Source: an uncultured candidatus Porisulfidus sp. (GTDB lineage: Bacteria > Pseudomonadota > Gammaproteobacteria > Poriferisulfidales > Oxydemutatoraceae). Taken from it: 64,000 bases of DNA. Below the pieces are notes generated by a model. That model was not told where the DNA came from and made no database searches. It worked only from the letters and a program-made list of their open reading frames with translations. Position numbers and translations under genes: made by a program. The DNA is taken from the NCBI GenBank assembly GCA_965215125.1, contig OZ244052.1, positions 1,664,001 to 1,728,000 on the forward strand, read 5' to 3'. Every line of letters starts with the position of its first letter. The stretch's first letter is position 1. Shown in pieces: positions 9,593 through 18,880 of this stretch.

Positions 9593-10531
9593 TTGACCGT
9601 TCCCGAAAACCGTCAGGTGATACCCGAACAACGATTAGATCTGCATAGCCGCTTGTTGGTTGCCACACATTCTTTTTTTCGGGCGCGCAATATGCAAGAA
9701 GTCGTCACGCCGTGTATCGTTTCGCAAGCACATGGCGAATACGGCATAGAAAGTTTTAGCATAGATTCGATGCAATATAATCTCAGAAACTCACCCGAGT
9801 ATGAGATGAAACGTTTACTGATGACGGCACGAACCGACATCTATCAAATTGCGCCGGTATTCAGAAAAGGCGAATACGGAAAAAAACACCGACCCGAGTT
9901 CATAATGCTCGAGTGGTATCGTCTGGGTTGGGATTATCGTCGCTTGATGAACGAATGTTTGGAATATCTACGGACTGTAATGGCGGACTCCGATATAAAG
10001 TTACATACCCTTTGTTACCGACAACTTTTTGAGGATATTTTTGACAGCAACCCGTTTGATTGCAAAACCGAAGTCTTAACCACACTGGTGTGCGACTTGG
10101 GTTATCAAAGTTCATCTCCGACCCGCGCCGAATGTCTTGATTTTCTATTTGAAGTTGCAAGCCATCGATATAGTGCCGCCGAGCATCCCGATACATTAGT
10201 CGCTATTTACGATTTTCCGATTGAGCAAGCATCTTTTGCCCGTATCTCGGCACAGGATGTCGCCGAACGTTTTGAGATATTCTTAAACGGTATAGAATTA
10301 GCTAACGGCTACGGTGAATTAACCCAAGCCGAAGATTATTATGAGCGGATACATTTACATAACCGAATACGAAAGACGCGGTTGTCAGTGCCGCTCTCTT
10401 TAGACGGGGATTTTATGCAAACCTTAAAACAATACGGACTAGCCGAATGTGCCGGTGTTTCCGTAGGTATAGAGCGTTTATTGATGTGCAAGGCGCATGT
10501 TGAAGACATCGCACAAGTTCGTTTGTTGTAA
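9593..10531 (+). CDS. epmA: EF-P lysine aminoacylase EpmA (GenX/PoxA)
   Basis: LysRS-like catalytic domain only: SPEYEMKRLL, FRKGE, HRPEFIMLEWYR, ELANGYGEL, GIERLLM; directly after efp. Start uncertain. Confidence 0.93.
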   Translation: MTVPENRQVIPEQRLDLHSRLLVATHSFFRARNMQEVVTPCIVSQAHGEYGIESFSIDSMQYNLRNSPEYEMKRLLMTARTDIYQIAPVFRKGEYGKKHRPEFIMLEWYRLGWDYRRLMNECLEYLRTVMADSDIKLHTLCYRQLFEDIFDSNPFDCKTEVLTTLVCDLGYQSSSPTRAECLDFLFEVASHRYSAAEHPDTLVAIYDFPIEQASFARISAQDVAERFEIFLNGIELANGYGELTQAEDYYERIHLHNRIRKTRLSVPLSLDGDFMQTLKQYGLAECAGVSVGIERLLMCKAHVEDIAQVRLL

Positions 10532-10545
10532 GATATACGGTAACC

Positions 10546-11439
10546 ATGAAAAAGTTTCCTACCATTGCCGATTTTATAGGGAAGACCCCCTTAGTTCGTC
10601 TGCAGCGTATGGCGGAAGGTAGCGGCAGTCAATTGCTGGTCAAGCTCGAGGGCAATAATCCGGCGGGTTCGGTTAAGGATCGTCCGGCGTTCAATATGAT
10701 TGCCGAAGCCGCTACGCGTGGCGAAATTAAAACCGGCGACACTTTAATAGAAGCAACCAGCGGCAATACCGGCATTGCATTGGCGATGGCAGCTGCCATT
10801 CAAGGCTATCGCATGATTTTGATTATGCCCGAGAGCATGAGTATGGAAAGGCGCGCCAGCATGAAAGCATACGGTGCCGAGATTATTTTGGTTTCGGAAG
10901 CGGAGGGCATGGAAGGCGCACGCGATCTAGCCGACAAAATGGAAGCGGAGGGCAAAGGCAAAGTACTCAACCAATTTTCAAACCCCGATAACGCTTTGGC
11001 GCATTATCGCACCACCGGACCCGAGATATGGGATGCCTGCGACGGTCAACTAACACATTTCGTCAGTTCCATGGGCACCACAGGCACTATCATGGGTGTG
11101 TCGCGTTTTCTAAAATCTAAAAATCCGCAAATAGAGATCATCGGTGTGGAACCCACCGAGGGTTCTAAAATTCCCGGCATAAGGGCGTGGCCGCCTGCGT
11201 ACCAACCCAAGATATTCGATGCGCAATATGTAGACCGCACGCTGACGGTATCCCGAGCGGATGCCGAAGATGTCATGCGCCGATTGGCGAAAGAGGAAGG
11301 CTTATTCAGTGGTATATCGTCGGGTGGTTGCACGCATGCGGCGTTGCGTATTGCCAACGAACAACCCGGTAGAATCGTCGTCTCGATTATCTGCGATAGG
11401 GGGGACCGCTACATCTCTACCGGGGTTTACCCGAGTTAA
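10546..11439 (+). CDS. cysM: Cysteine synthase B
   Basis: KLEGNNPAGSVKDR (PLP lysine), EATSGNTG, SSMGTTGT, CDRGDRY. Confidence 0.96.
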   Translation: MKKFPTIADFIGKTPLVRLQRMAEGSGSQLLVKLEGNNPAGSVKDRPAFNMIAEAATRGEIKTGDTLIEATSGNTGIALAMAAAIQGYRMILIMPESMSMERRASMKAYGAEIILVSEAEGMEGARDLADKMEAEGKGKVLNQFSNPDNALAHYRTTGPEIWDACDGQLTHFVSSMGTTGTIMGVSRFLKSKNPQIEIIGVEPTEGSKIPGIRAWPPAYQPKIFDAQYVDRTLTVSRADAEDVMRRLAKEEGLFSGISSGGCTHAALRIANEQPGRIVVSIICDRGDRYISTGVYPS

Positions 11440-11446
11440 ACTACCC

Positions 11447-12214
11447 GTGGACACACTGATATTTGATATCGAAACCATACCCGATGCCGATGCCGGGCGG
11501 CGTTTGTACGACTTTAAGCAACTCTCCGACGCAGATGTGGTGCGTGCATTGGAACAACTACAATATCAGAAAAACGGTTCTACCTTTATGCCGCATTACC
11601 TGCATAAAATTCTGGTTATCTCGTTAATACATGTATCCGGGCAGGGTATTAAGATATGTTCACTTAAAGGAGAGGAAAAAGAAATAGTACGGCAGTTTTT
11701 CAAAGGATTGGAAAAATATCAACCGGAATTGGTGAGTTGGAACGGCAAGCGTTTTGATTTGCCGGTATTGCATTATCGTAGTCTGCTACATCGGGTGGTC
11801 TCGCCGAGCTATTGGGAAGTAGGGGACAACAATAACAATTTTCGTTATAACAACTATTTCAACCGCTACCACTGGCGGCATTTAGACCTCATGGATGTGT
11901 TGGCAGGCTATGATAGCTATGCGGTAGCACCGCTCGATAAAATTGCCAAACTCATCGGCGCACCCGGCAAATCCGGGATCGACGGCAGTCAAGTTTGGGA
12001 TTTTTATAAACAAGGCAAACTTGAAGAGATTATAAACTATTGCGAGGCGGATGTAGTCAACACCTACCTCGTTTATTTACGTTTTCAGTTGATACGCGGC
12101 AAAATCACACACGACGGTCACGACAACCACTTAAAACGGCTATACCAAGTATTAGAACAGCCCGAATATAAACACCTGCACCAATTCATCATAACCGAAA
12201 CCGTAGGAGAATAA
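11447..12214 (+). CDS. PolB-like 3'-5' exonuclease family protein
   Basis: FDIET (ExoI), SWNGKRFDLP (ExoII), YCEADV (ExoIII); GTG start 7 bp after the cysM stop. Confidence 0.9.
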   Translation: MDTLIFDIETIPDADAGRRLYDFKQLSDADVVRALEQLQYQKNGSTFMPHYLHKILVISLIHVSGQGIKICSLKGEEKEIVRQFFKGLEKYQPELVSWNGKRFDLPVLHYRSLLHRVVSPSYWEVGDNNNNFRYNNYFNRYHWRHLDLMDVLAGYDSYAVAPLDKIAKLIGAPGKSGIDGSQVWDFYKQGKLEEIINYCEADVVNTYLVYLRFQLIRGKITHDGHDNHLKRLYQVLEQPEYKHLHQFIITETVGE

Positions 12215-12221
12215 ATAATCT

Positions 12222-13358
12222 CTAAGGCTTGGGACTTAATAATTTTTTCAGAATGGCTAGATAAATATCCGATAGTGTCTGCAGATCGTCGACGCGGACA
12301 CGCTCATCCACCGCATGTATGGTTTTATTGATATGTCCGAGTTCTATCACTTGGGTGTCGTTGCCGGCAATGAAGCGTGCATCCGAAGTCCCGCCTGCCG
12401 TTGAAAGTTCGGGTCTTAGTCCGACAACTTCTTCCGTCGCTTCGCAGGCGACAGTTGTCAATTCACCTGCCGGAGTCAAAAAAGGTTGCCCCGAGAGGTA
12501 CCACTCTATTTCGTAATTCAAATTTGCCTCTTCGAGCATTTGCAGAATAGTTTTTTGCAGTTGTGCGTCGTTGCACTCGGTAGAAAACCGCAAGTTGAAT
12601 TCTATCTCTAAGCGAGCCGGTATCACATTGTCGGCTCCGCTGCCGGCGTGTATATTTGAAATCTGAAAAGTTGTGGGCGGAAAGTATTTATTGCCCCGAT
12701 CCCATTGATGTTTGCATAGCCGAGAAAGCAAAGGGGCAGCTAAATGAATGGGATTTTCTGCGTGCTGGGGATAAGCAACATGACCTTGCTTGCCTATCAC
12801 GATTAGCTTGGCGGATAACGAGCCTCGTCTGCCGTTCTTAATCGTATCGCCTAGTTGCATAGAACTGGAAGGTTCACCGACCACACACCAACGAATGTTG
12901 ACGCCGTGTTGACGCAAGGTTTCTATCGCATAAGCGGTACCGCTACGCGTGTAACCTTCCTCGTTGCTGGTGAGTAGCATTGCGATAGATCCGTGATGCT
13001 CGGGTTGTTGTTCCACAAAAGCCTCACAAGCGGTAGCCATTGCGGCGATGCCTCCTTTCATGTCTGCGGCACCGCGCCCGTATAGCAGATTGTCTTCTAT
13101 ATGTGCGGCAAAGGGAGGGTGGCTCCATGCGTTCTCGTCGCCTACCGGCACCACATCGGTATGGCCGGCGAAAACAAATAGCGGTTCTTCGGTGCCGCGT
13201 CTAAGCCAAACATTACAAACATCGTCTTTGTCTAGTGTTTTACAAGCAAAGCCTTTGCTTGCCAATCGTTCGCTAATCAAAGATTGGCAACCGTCGTCAT
13301 TCGGTGTGATAGAACGACGTTTGATTAAGTCTACGGCAAGATTGAGCGTTCGGTCCAT
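12222..13358 (-). CDS. dapE: Succinyl-diaminopimelate desuccinylase
   Basis: FAGHTDVVP, GRGAADMKG, NEEG, VGEPS, GRRGS, GGTSDARF. Confidence 0.97.
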   Translation of the reverse strand: MDRTLNLAVDLIKRRSITPNDDGCQSLISERLASKGFACKTLDKDDVCNVWLRRGTEEPLFVFAGHTDVVPVGDENAWSHPPFAAHIEDNLLYGRGAADMKGGIAAMATACEAFVEQQPEHHGSIAMLLTSNEEGYTRSGTAYAIETLRQHGVNIRWCVVGEPSSSMQLGDTIKNGRRGSLSAKLIVIGKQGHVAYPQHAENPIHLAAPLLSRLCKHQWDRGNKYFPPTTFQISNIHAGSGADNVIPARLEIEFNLRFSTECNDAQLQKTILQMLEEANLNYEIEWYLSGQPFLTPAGELTTVACEATEEVVGLRPELSTAGGTSDARFIAGNDTQVIELGHINKTIHAVDERVRVDDLQTLSDIYLAILKKLLSPKP

Positions 13359-13367
13359 CGGTCAGAC

Positions 13368-14192
13368 TCAATCTATATCTCGTAGTAATTCGTTTAATCC
13401 AACTTTGCTACGGGTTTTTTCGTCAACCTGTTTGACGATGACCGCACAATACAGGCTATGACTATTATCCGCTGCCGGCAGATTGCCGGAGACTACCACC
13501 GACCCTGCCGGAATACGCCCGTAGCTGATTTCTTTAGTGCGGCGATCGTAGATGCGGGTGCTTTGACCGATATAAACGCCCATTGAAATAACCGAATTTT
13601 CCTCTACGATAACACCTTCTACGATTTCGGAGCGCGCCCCGATGAAACAGTTGTCTTCTATGATTGTCGGCATTGCCTGAGCGGGTTCCAACACACCGCC
13701 GATGCCGACCCCGCCCGACAAATGCACATGCTTGCCGATCTGCGCACACGAGCCCACGGTTGCCCAAGTGTCAACCATCGTGCCTTGATCTACATAAGCA
13801 CCGATGTTGATATAACACGGCATCATAATAACGCCGGGTGCTTGATACGAACCATAGCGCGCGGTTGCTGCCGGCACGATACGCACCCCCGATTTCTTGA
13901 GTGCCTCTTCATCGCAGTTGCGATATTTCACACCGACTTTGTCGTAGAAACGGGTGTAGCCGGCATCGATGAGCCGATTGTCGTTCAGCCTAAACGACAA
14001 TAGCACCGCTTTTTTCAGCCATTGTTCCACATGCCATTGACCGTCGAGTTTGCGGGCAACGCGCAGACTGCCGTTGTTTAAGCTTGCCAAGCACTTGGCT
14101 ACGGCATCTTTGAGTTCGCTACTCGCATTTTCGGGTTTTAGCGTGTCGCGTTGCGCAAACGCCTGCTCTATGATGTTTTTGATTTCTTCCAT
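13368..14192 (-). CDS. dapD: Tetrahydrodipicolinate N-succinyltransferase
   Basis: [39 protein letters not shown]. Confidence 0.98.
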   Translation of the reverse strand: MEEIKNIIEQAFAQRDTLKPENASSELKDAVAKCLASLNNGSLRVARKLDGQWHVEQWLKKAVLLSFRLNDNRLIDAGYTRFYDKVGVKYRNCDEEALKKSGVRIVPAATARYGSYQAPGVIMMPCYINIGAYVDQGTMVDTWATVGSCAQIGKHVHLSGGVGIGGVLEPAQAMPTIIEDNCFIGARSEIVEGVIVEENSVISMGVYIGQSTRIYDRRTKEISYGRIPAGSVVVSGNLPAADNSHSLYCAVIVKQVDEKTRSKVGLNELLRDID

Positions 14193-14239
14193 AATTCTAA
14201 TCCTTAGGTAGTAATTTCAATCTAAAATTGCATAGTCTA

Positions 14240-15007
14240 TCAGGGCACCTCGTCGGAGCGTAGGGTTAAAATTTCATGCCCGCGCTCGGTTACCAGAATC
14301 GTATGCTCCCATTGTGCAGACAAACTGTGATCTTTGGTGACGACAGTCCACTGGTCCGTTAATAGACGGGTTTCTTTTTTGCCGGCATTGATCATTGGTT
14401 CTATCGTAAAAGTCATGCCGGGTTTAAGCTCTATGCCGGTACCGGGCTTGCCGTAGTGCAATACCTGAGGCTCTTCGTGAAATTCGGTCCCGATGCCATG
14501 TCCGCAATAATCTTCCACAACGCTATAGCGATGTTGCTCTACGAATTTTTGTATGCGATGTCCTAGATCGCCTAGACGTTTTCCAGGCTTGACTTCGGCG
14601 ATTCCGATACGCAAAGCCTCGTAACATTTTTCGCTTAAACGTCGTGCCAGCACGCTTGGTTTGCCGACCATAAACATTCGACTTGTGTCGCCGTGATAGC
14701 CGTCCTTGATTACGGTTACATCAATATTCAAAATATCGCCGTTTTTCAATTTGCGTTCATCCGGGATACCGTGGCAGACTTGGTGATTTATGGAAGTGCA
14801 GATGGATTTAGGAAAACCTTTATAGTTCAGTGGTGCCGGAATACACCCTAGTTCATCGGTGATATAACGATGACAGATCCGATCAAGTTCGTCGGTACTG
14901 ATTCCCGGTTTAACCGACGGGGTGATCATTTCCAAAACCTGCGAAGCAGCCTGTCCGGCAGCCCGCATTTTTTCAATTTCGTTATATGTTTTGATTGTAA
15001 TTGGCAT
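14240..15007 (-). CDS. map: Methionine aminopeptidase type I
   Basis: CTSINHQVCHGIP, GYHGDTS, CGHGIG, FTIEPM, SAQWEHT. Confidence 0.98.
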   Translation of the reverse strand: MPITIKTYNEIEKMRAAGQAASQVLEMITPSVKPGISTDELDRICHRYITDELGCIPAPLNYKGFPKSICTSINHQVCHGIPDERKLKNGDILNIDVTVIKDGYHGDTSRMFMVGKPSVLARRLSEKCYEALRIGIAEVKPGKRLGDLGHRIQKFVEQHRYSVVEDYCGHGIGTEFHEEPQVLHYGKPGTGIELKPGMTFTIEPMINAGKKETRLLTDQWTVVTKDHSLSAQWEHTILVTERGHEILTLRSDEVP

Positions 15008-15171
15008 AACCGCTAAGCGTGAGAATCTCGGTAAATTATAACACCCATGCTAGTTCTATGAAAAGGCATGTTAAATCGCTTGTAAGCCCCACATTTTTAT
15101 TTGGGTTTAACGATCGGTACATAAGATTAGGGGTTTTGGTTATAATAGGAAATTATGTAATCAATAAGAAC

Positions 15172-16980
15172 ATGAAGATTTCTTCTCAAGTATCGGCGTT
15201 TTTCGGTTTGCTATTAGTTTGTATGTTTTTCCAAATTACAGAGACGCAATCGCAACTTTTACCACCTTCATTACCGTGTAGTTCGCAAGACCCCGACACC
15301 AATAATAACGGCTTGATCGATATCTGCGATATAGACGGACTCGAGCTGATGCGCAATAATCCGGATGGACGATACGAACTTAGGCGTAGTCTGGACTTTA
15401 ATGATCCTAACAGTTATCGCGACCCGGGCTCGGAGTTCATCTTTAGTTGGCCACCCATTGAGATTTTCGGGGGAGAATTCAACGGGGGTGGTCACACTAT
15501 CTCTAATTTACCGGTTGATGCCGAGGAAGATTATGCAGGTTTGTTCTCGGAGATAGATAACGGTGCCAGAGTCGAAAATCTCGGACTGTTGAATATTAAT
15601 ATTATCGAACGGGGGTTGACGGGGATCGGAGGATTAGCCGGCGGCAACGGTGGCGAAATCCTCAATAGTTATGTCATTAACACCGATGAATTTAGGATTG
15701 AAGCAGACGAACGCGTCGGTGGATTGGTAGGTGAAAATGCAGGTTCAATTGTTAATAGTCATACGACTGTAGAAGTGCATGGAAATGTATATGTCGGCGG
15801 TTTGGTCGGTTTTAACTATGCCGAAGGGATTATACGCAATAGCCGCGCAACCGGTATCGTAGTGGTAGGGGAATCCGAGACCGGCGGTTTAGTCGGCGAA
15901 AACTATGGCAGTATTATCGGTAGTTATGCAGACGGTAGCGTAAAGAAAATATCCGGCAGCAATGTCAATAGTGTTAATTTGGGTGGATTAGTCGGGTGGA
16001 ATGGTTCTGCTGCCGTCATTCGCAATAGTTATGCAATCGGAACGATAGAAGGATCGCGCCATGTCGGTGGGTTGATAGGTGAAAACCGAGGAAGGGTTAT
16101 TAACAGCTATGCAAAAAATAAAGTAAGCGGAAGCGAGGAACGAGTGGGTGGTTTAGTCGGATGGAACAATCTCACCAATGCCAACATTCGCAATAGTTAT
16201 GCAGATGGAACGATAAAGGGGTCAAGCGATGTCGGTGGGTTGATAGGTGAAAACCGAGGAAGGGTTATTAACAGCTATGCAAAAAATAAAGTAAGCGGAA
16301 GCGGGGAACGGGTGGGTGGTTTAGTCGGATGGAACAATCTTGCCGATGCTAACATTCGTAACAGTTACGCCACCGGCGATGTGATATCAACCGCAATAAA
16401 TTATGTTGTAGGTGGCTTAGTCGGCAGAAATCTCGCCGGAACTATTTTGAATACCTATGCAACCGGCAATGTATTCGTCAGTTTAGCCGGCGAGGAGACA
16501 GACCAGCCTATCGCTGCCGGCGGCTTGGTCGGCTATATTTCCAGTGGCACCATTGAGAATAGCTATGCTATAGGGCTCATAACAGAGAGCAGTGTCGAAG
16601 AAATCGGTAGTTTGGTCGGTCTCAATTCTCAAGGTACTATTGAACGCAGTTATGCAAGAAATGAAAGAAATCTAATTGGTAATAATTTTAGTCCGAGAGT
16701 TGAAGACAGTTTCACCACCGACACTCGTATACTGCAATTGCCTATAGAGGCGAGTGATACCTCAACTAAGGTCTATTACGAATGGTCCGAGAACGATTGG
16801 GATTTTCGCTCTCGGAATCAATATCCGGTTCTAAGATATGCCGTGGGTTCCGACCCCAACAATCCGGCGTGTGGTGAGTCACCGGAACTACCGAATTGCG
16901 GCACGCCTTTGCCTAGACAACCCAGTAGCTTACATACCTATATCAAGGTGCTTTTAGAAGGTGTATTGCAGACCGACTAA
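15172..16980 (+). CDS. Secreted GLUG-repeat (beta-helix) surface protein
   Basis: Signal peptide from ATG 15172; DTNNNGLIDIC module; many GGLVGxN…NSYA repeats, including a near-identical 168-bp duplication (16061/16229); WDF…QYP cap; ends IKVLLEGVLQTD. Confidence 0.85.
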   Translation: MKISSQVSAFFGLLLVCMFFQITETQSQLLPPSLPCSSQDPDTNNNGLIDICDIDGLELMRNNPDGRYELRRSLDFNDPNSYRDPGSEFIFSWPPIEIFGGEFNGGGHTISNLPVDAEEDYAGLFSEIDNGARVENLGLLNINIIERGLTGIGGLAGGNGGEILNSYVINTDEFRIEADERVGGLVGENAGSIVNSHTTVEVHGNVYVGGLVGFNYAEGIIRNSRATGIVVVGESETGGLVGENYGSIIGSYADGSVKKISGSNVNSVNLGGLVGWNGSAAVIRNSYAIGTIEGSRHVGGLIGENRGRVINSYAKNKVSGSEERVGGLVGWNNLTNANIRNSYADGTIKGSSDVGGLIGENRGRVINSYAKNKVSGSGERVGGLVGWNNLADANIRNSYATGDVISTAINYVVGGLVGRNLAGTILNTYATGNVFVSLAGEETDQPIAAGGLVGYISSGTIENSYAIGLITESSVEEIGSLVGLNSQGTIERSYARNERNLIGNNFSPRVEDSFTTDTRILQLPIEASDTSTKVYYEWSENDWDFRSRNQYPVLRYAVGSDPNNPACGESPELPNCGTPLPRQPSSLHTYIKVLLEGVLQTD

Positions 16981-17131
16981 AAATTTTAGAATCAATACAC
17001 CATAAGCGATAGGTATAATCACAGCCGCCGATACGCCTATTGCATACTCCTATAAATTGTGGTGTAATAATACTACTTGTGAAAGCAAAAGTAGTGAGTT
17101 GGGTGATAATCACTTAAGGAGGGGAAATCCA

Positions 17132-18772
17132 ATGTTTAGAGTAGGTTCTGATTCTAATAAGCCGCCGGTCTCTTCAAGTAGCGGCGCGAGTGCTTCTAGT
17201 TTTACGCCGTCGACTGCGAGTGCTAGTTTTCAAGGTAGGACTGTTAGTACTGCAAGCCGGCAACAGTCGGCAAGTTTTTTACCGACCACAGAAACGACAG
17301 ATAGATCCGCCTATCGTCTCTCGGTCGACCAACATTCGCCAAACATTCCTGTATCGCATAGAAATGTGCAACAGCAATCTCCTACTTCGCCTTTGATGCC
17401 CGTCAGAGAAGCACCACCGCCACCGTCTTTGATATCGAACCGAGAAGCGCAACAGCAGCAACCTGCCAGGAGATTTAGTATTAGCGAAAGGACTTCTAAT
17501 AAGCCGCCGTACGAAGGTGCTCGTAGTAGGCCGCAATACGAGGAAGTTGTGAAATTAAAACCCAAAGAAGAAGCACAACAGTCCTCTGCTTCGATTCGGA
17601 CACAGCAGCAGCAACCTGCTAAGAGATTTAGTATTAGCGAAGGTGTTCGTAGTAGGCCGCAACACGAGGAAGTTGTGAAATTAAAACCCAAAGAAGAGGC
17701 ACAACAGTCCTCTGCTTCGATTCGGACACAGCAGCAGCAACCTGCTAGGAGATTTAGTATTAGCGAAGGTGCTTCCAATAAGCCGGCACACGAAGGTGCG
17801 TCTAATACACCACAATACGCGAAAGTTATGAAATCAAAACCCAAACAAGATACCCAACCACCGTCGTTGCCTCCTAAACCAAGTGCCCCGCCGCCCTTAC
17901 CTCCCAAACCACCGAAATATGATTATGCGTTCGTCGGGCATCCACGATTAGCCGAATATCCTAAGAGATTCACCATTGGTGATGCTAGTCCCGATAAACC
18001 GGAATATGAGAATGTTGCGAAGATAGGAACGAGGGGAACCGAACCATCATTGGATCCTCCTAAGAGGTTTACCGCCTTTGCAAATGATGATAGGGCACCG
18101 GAATACGACAATGTTGCGAAGATGGACGATAATTTTGAGATGGTTAGAAACCCGCAAATCCGTCCTAAACCGATTCCCGACACCGGTGAATATTCTACAC
18201 TCAAGCATAGTAAAGTAATTAGGAAGCCGCAAACTCGTCCTAAGCCGACCCGCGACACCGGTGAATATTCCACACTCAAGCATAATAAAGGAGAGGATAA
18301 GATAGCCCCCAAACCCGAGCCTCCGGTAAGAGTGAATGATCCGTGGTTGCCGGGTTCGGATCAGAGTATAAGAAGGCAACCGTATGAAGCCTTGCCGCGC
18401 GCCCTTAGGAAGCGCGGCATAGTAATGGATCACTCCCCCGATACTCCCGAGATTCCGAGTGTGGAAATCAATCAAGATGTGTCTACGGGTAAACCGAGAC
18501 AGCCTTCGCCACCGCCACCTGAACGGCCACCCAAATCCGAGGCTTCGGTTGAACCGGAACAGCCTGCTACACCACCGCCCGTACCTGAACGCACCCATAA
18601 AACCTCGGAGGCATCAAGGCAAGAAGCACCCACAGTACCGCCGCGTCCGCCTAAGCCTTCGGTAGCACCACCTTTACACACGCGTGCCGATAAACCGTTC
18701 GATGCACCGCCTTTGCCGCCTCGTTCGGACAGAAGCGAATCCGAATCATCAGACAAAGATACCAAGCAGTAA
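17132..18772 (+). CDS. Proline-rich, disordered effector-like protein with SH3-ligand and Tyr motifs
   Basis: ATG 17132 after aaggagggg; long open frame; 126-bp (17522/17648) and 75-bp (18179/18254) internal in-frame duplications; PxxPxK/R motifs. Function is inferred. Confidence 0.75.
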   Translation: MFRVGSDSNKPPVSSSSGASASSFTPSTASASFQGRTVSTASRQQSASFLPTTETTDRSAYRLSVDQHSPNIPVSHRNVQQQSPTSPLMPVREAPPPPSLISNREAQQQQPARRFSISERTSNKPPYEGARSRPQYEEVVKLKPKEEAQQSSASIRTQQQQPAKRFSISEGVRSRPQHEEVVKLKPKEEAQQSSASIRTQQQQPARRFSISEGASNKPAHEGASNTPQYAKVMKSKPKQDTQPPSLPPKPSAPPPLPPKPPKYDYAFVGHPRLAEYPKRFTIGDASPDKPEYENVAKIGTRGTEPSLDPPKRFTAFANDDRAPEYDNVAKMDDNFEMVRNPQIRPKPIPDTGEYSTLKHSKVIRKPQTRPKPTRDTGEYSTLKHNKGEDKIAPKPEPPVRVNDPWLPGSDQSIRRQPYEALPRALRKRGIVMDHSPDTPEIPSVEINQDVSTGKPRQPSPPPPERPPKSEASVEPEQPATPPPVPERTHKTSEASRQEAPTVPPRPPKPSVAPPLHTRADKPFDAPPLPPRSDRSESESSDKDTKQ

Positions 18773-18880
18773 ATAAATTTTATCACTTGTTTCATGAGGA
18801 TCACGATAAATGTTGTATAGTTTGTAACATTAAAATATTTATGAATCGGTACTTATAATTAGAGTACCGAAGGAGGGGAA

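Noticed and set aside
9561-9596. ATG 9561 plus a T7 tract as a frameshifted epmA start
   Set aside because: The short frame has no resemblance to EpmA N-termini that I can support; the TTG 9593 frame already covers the expected domain.
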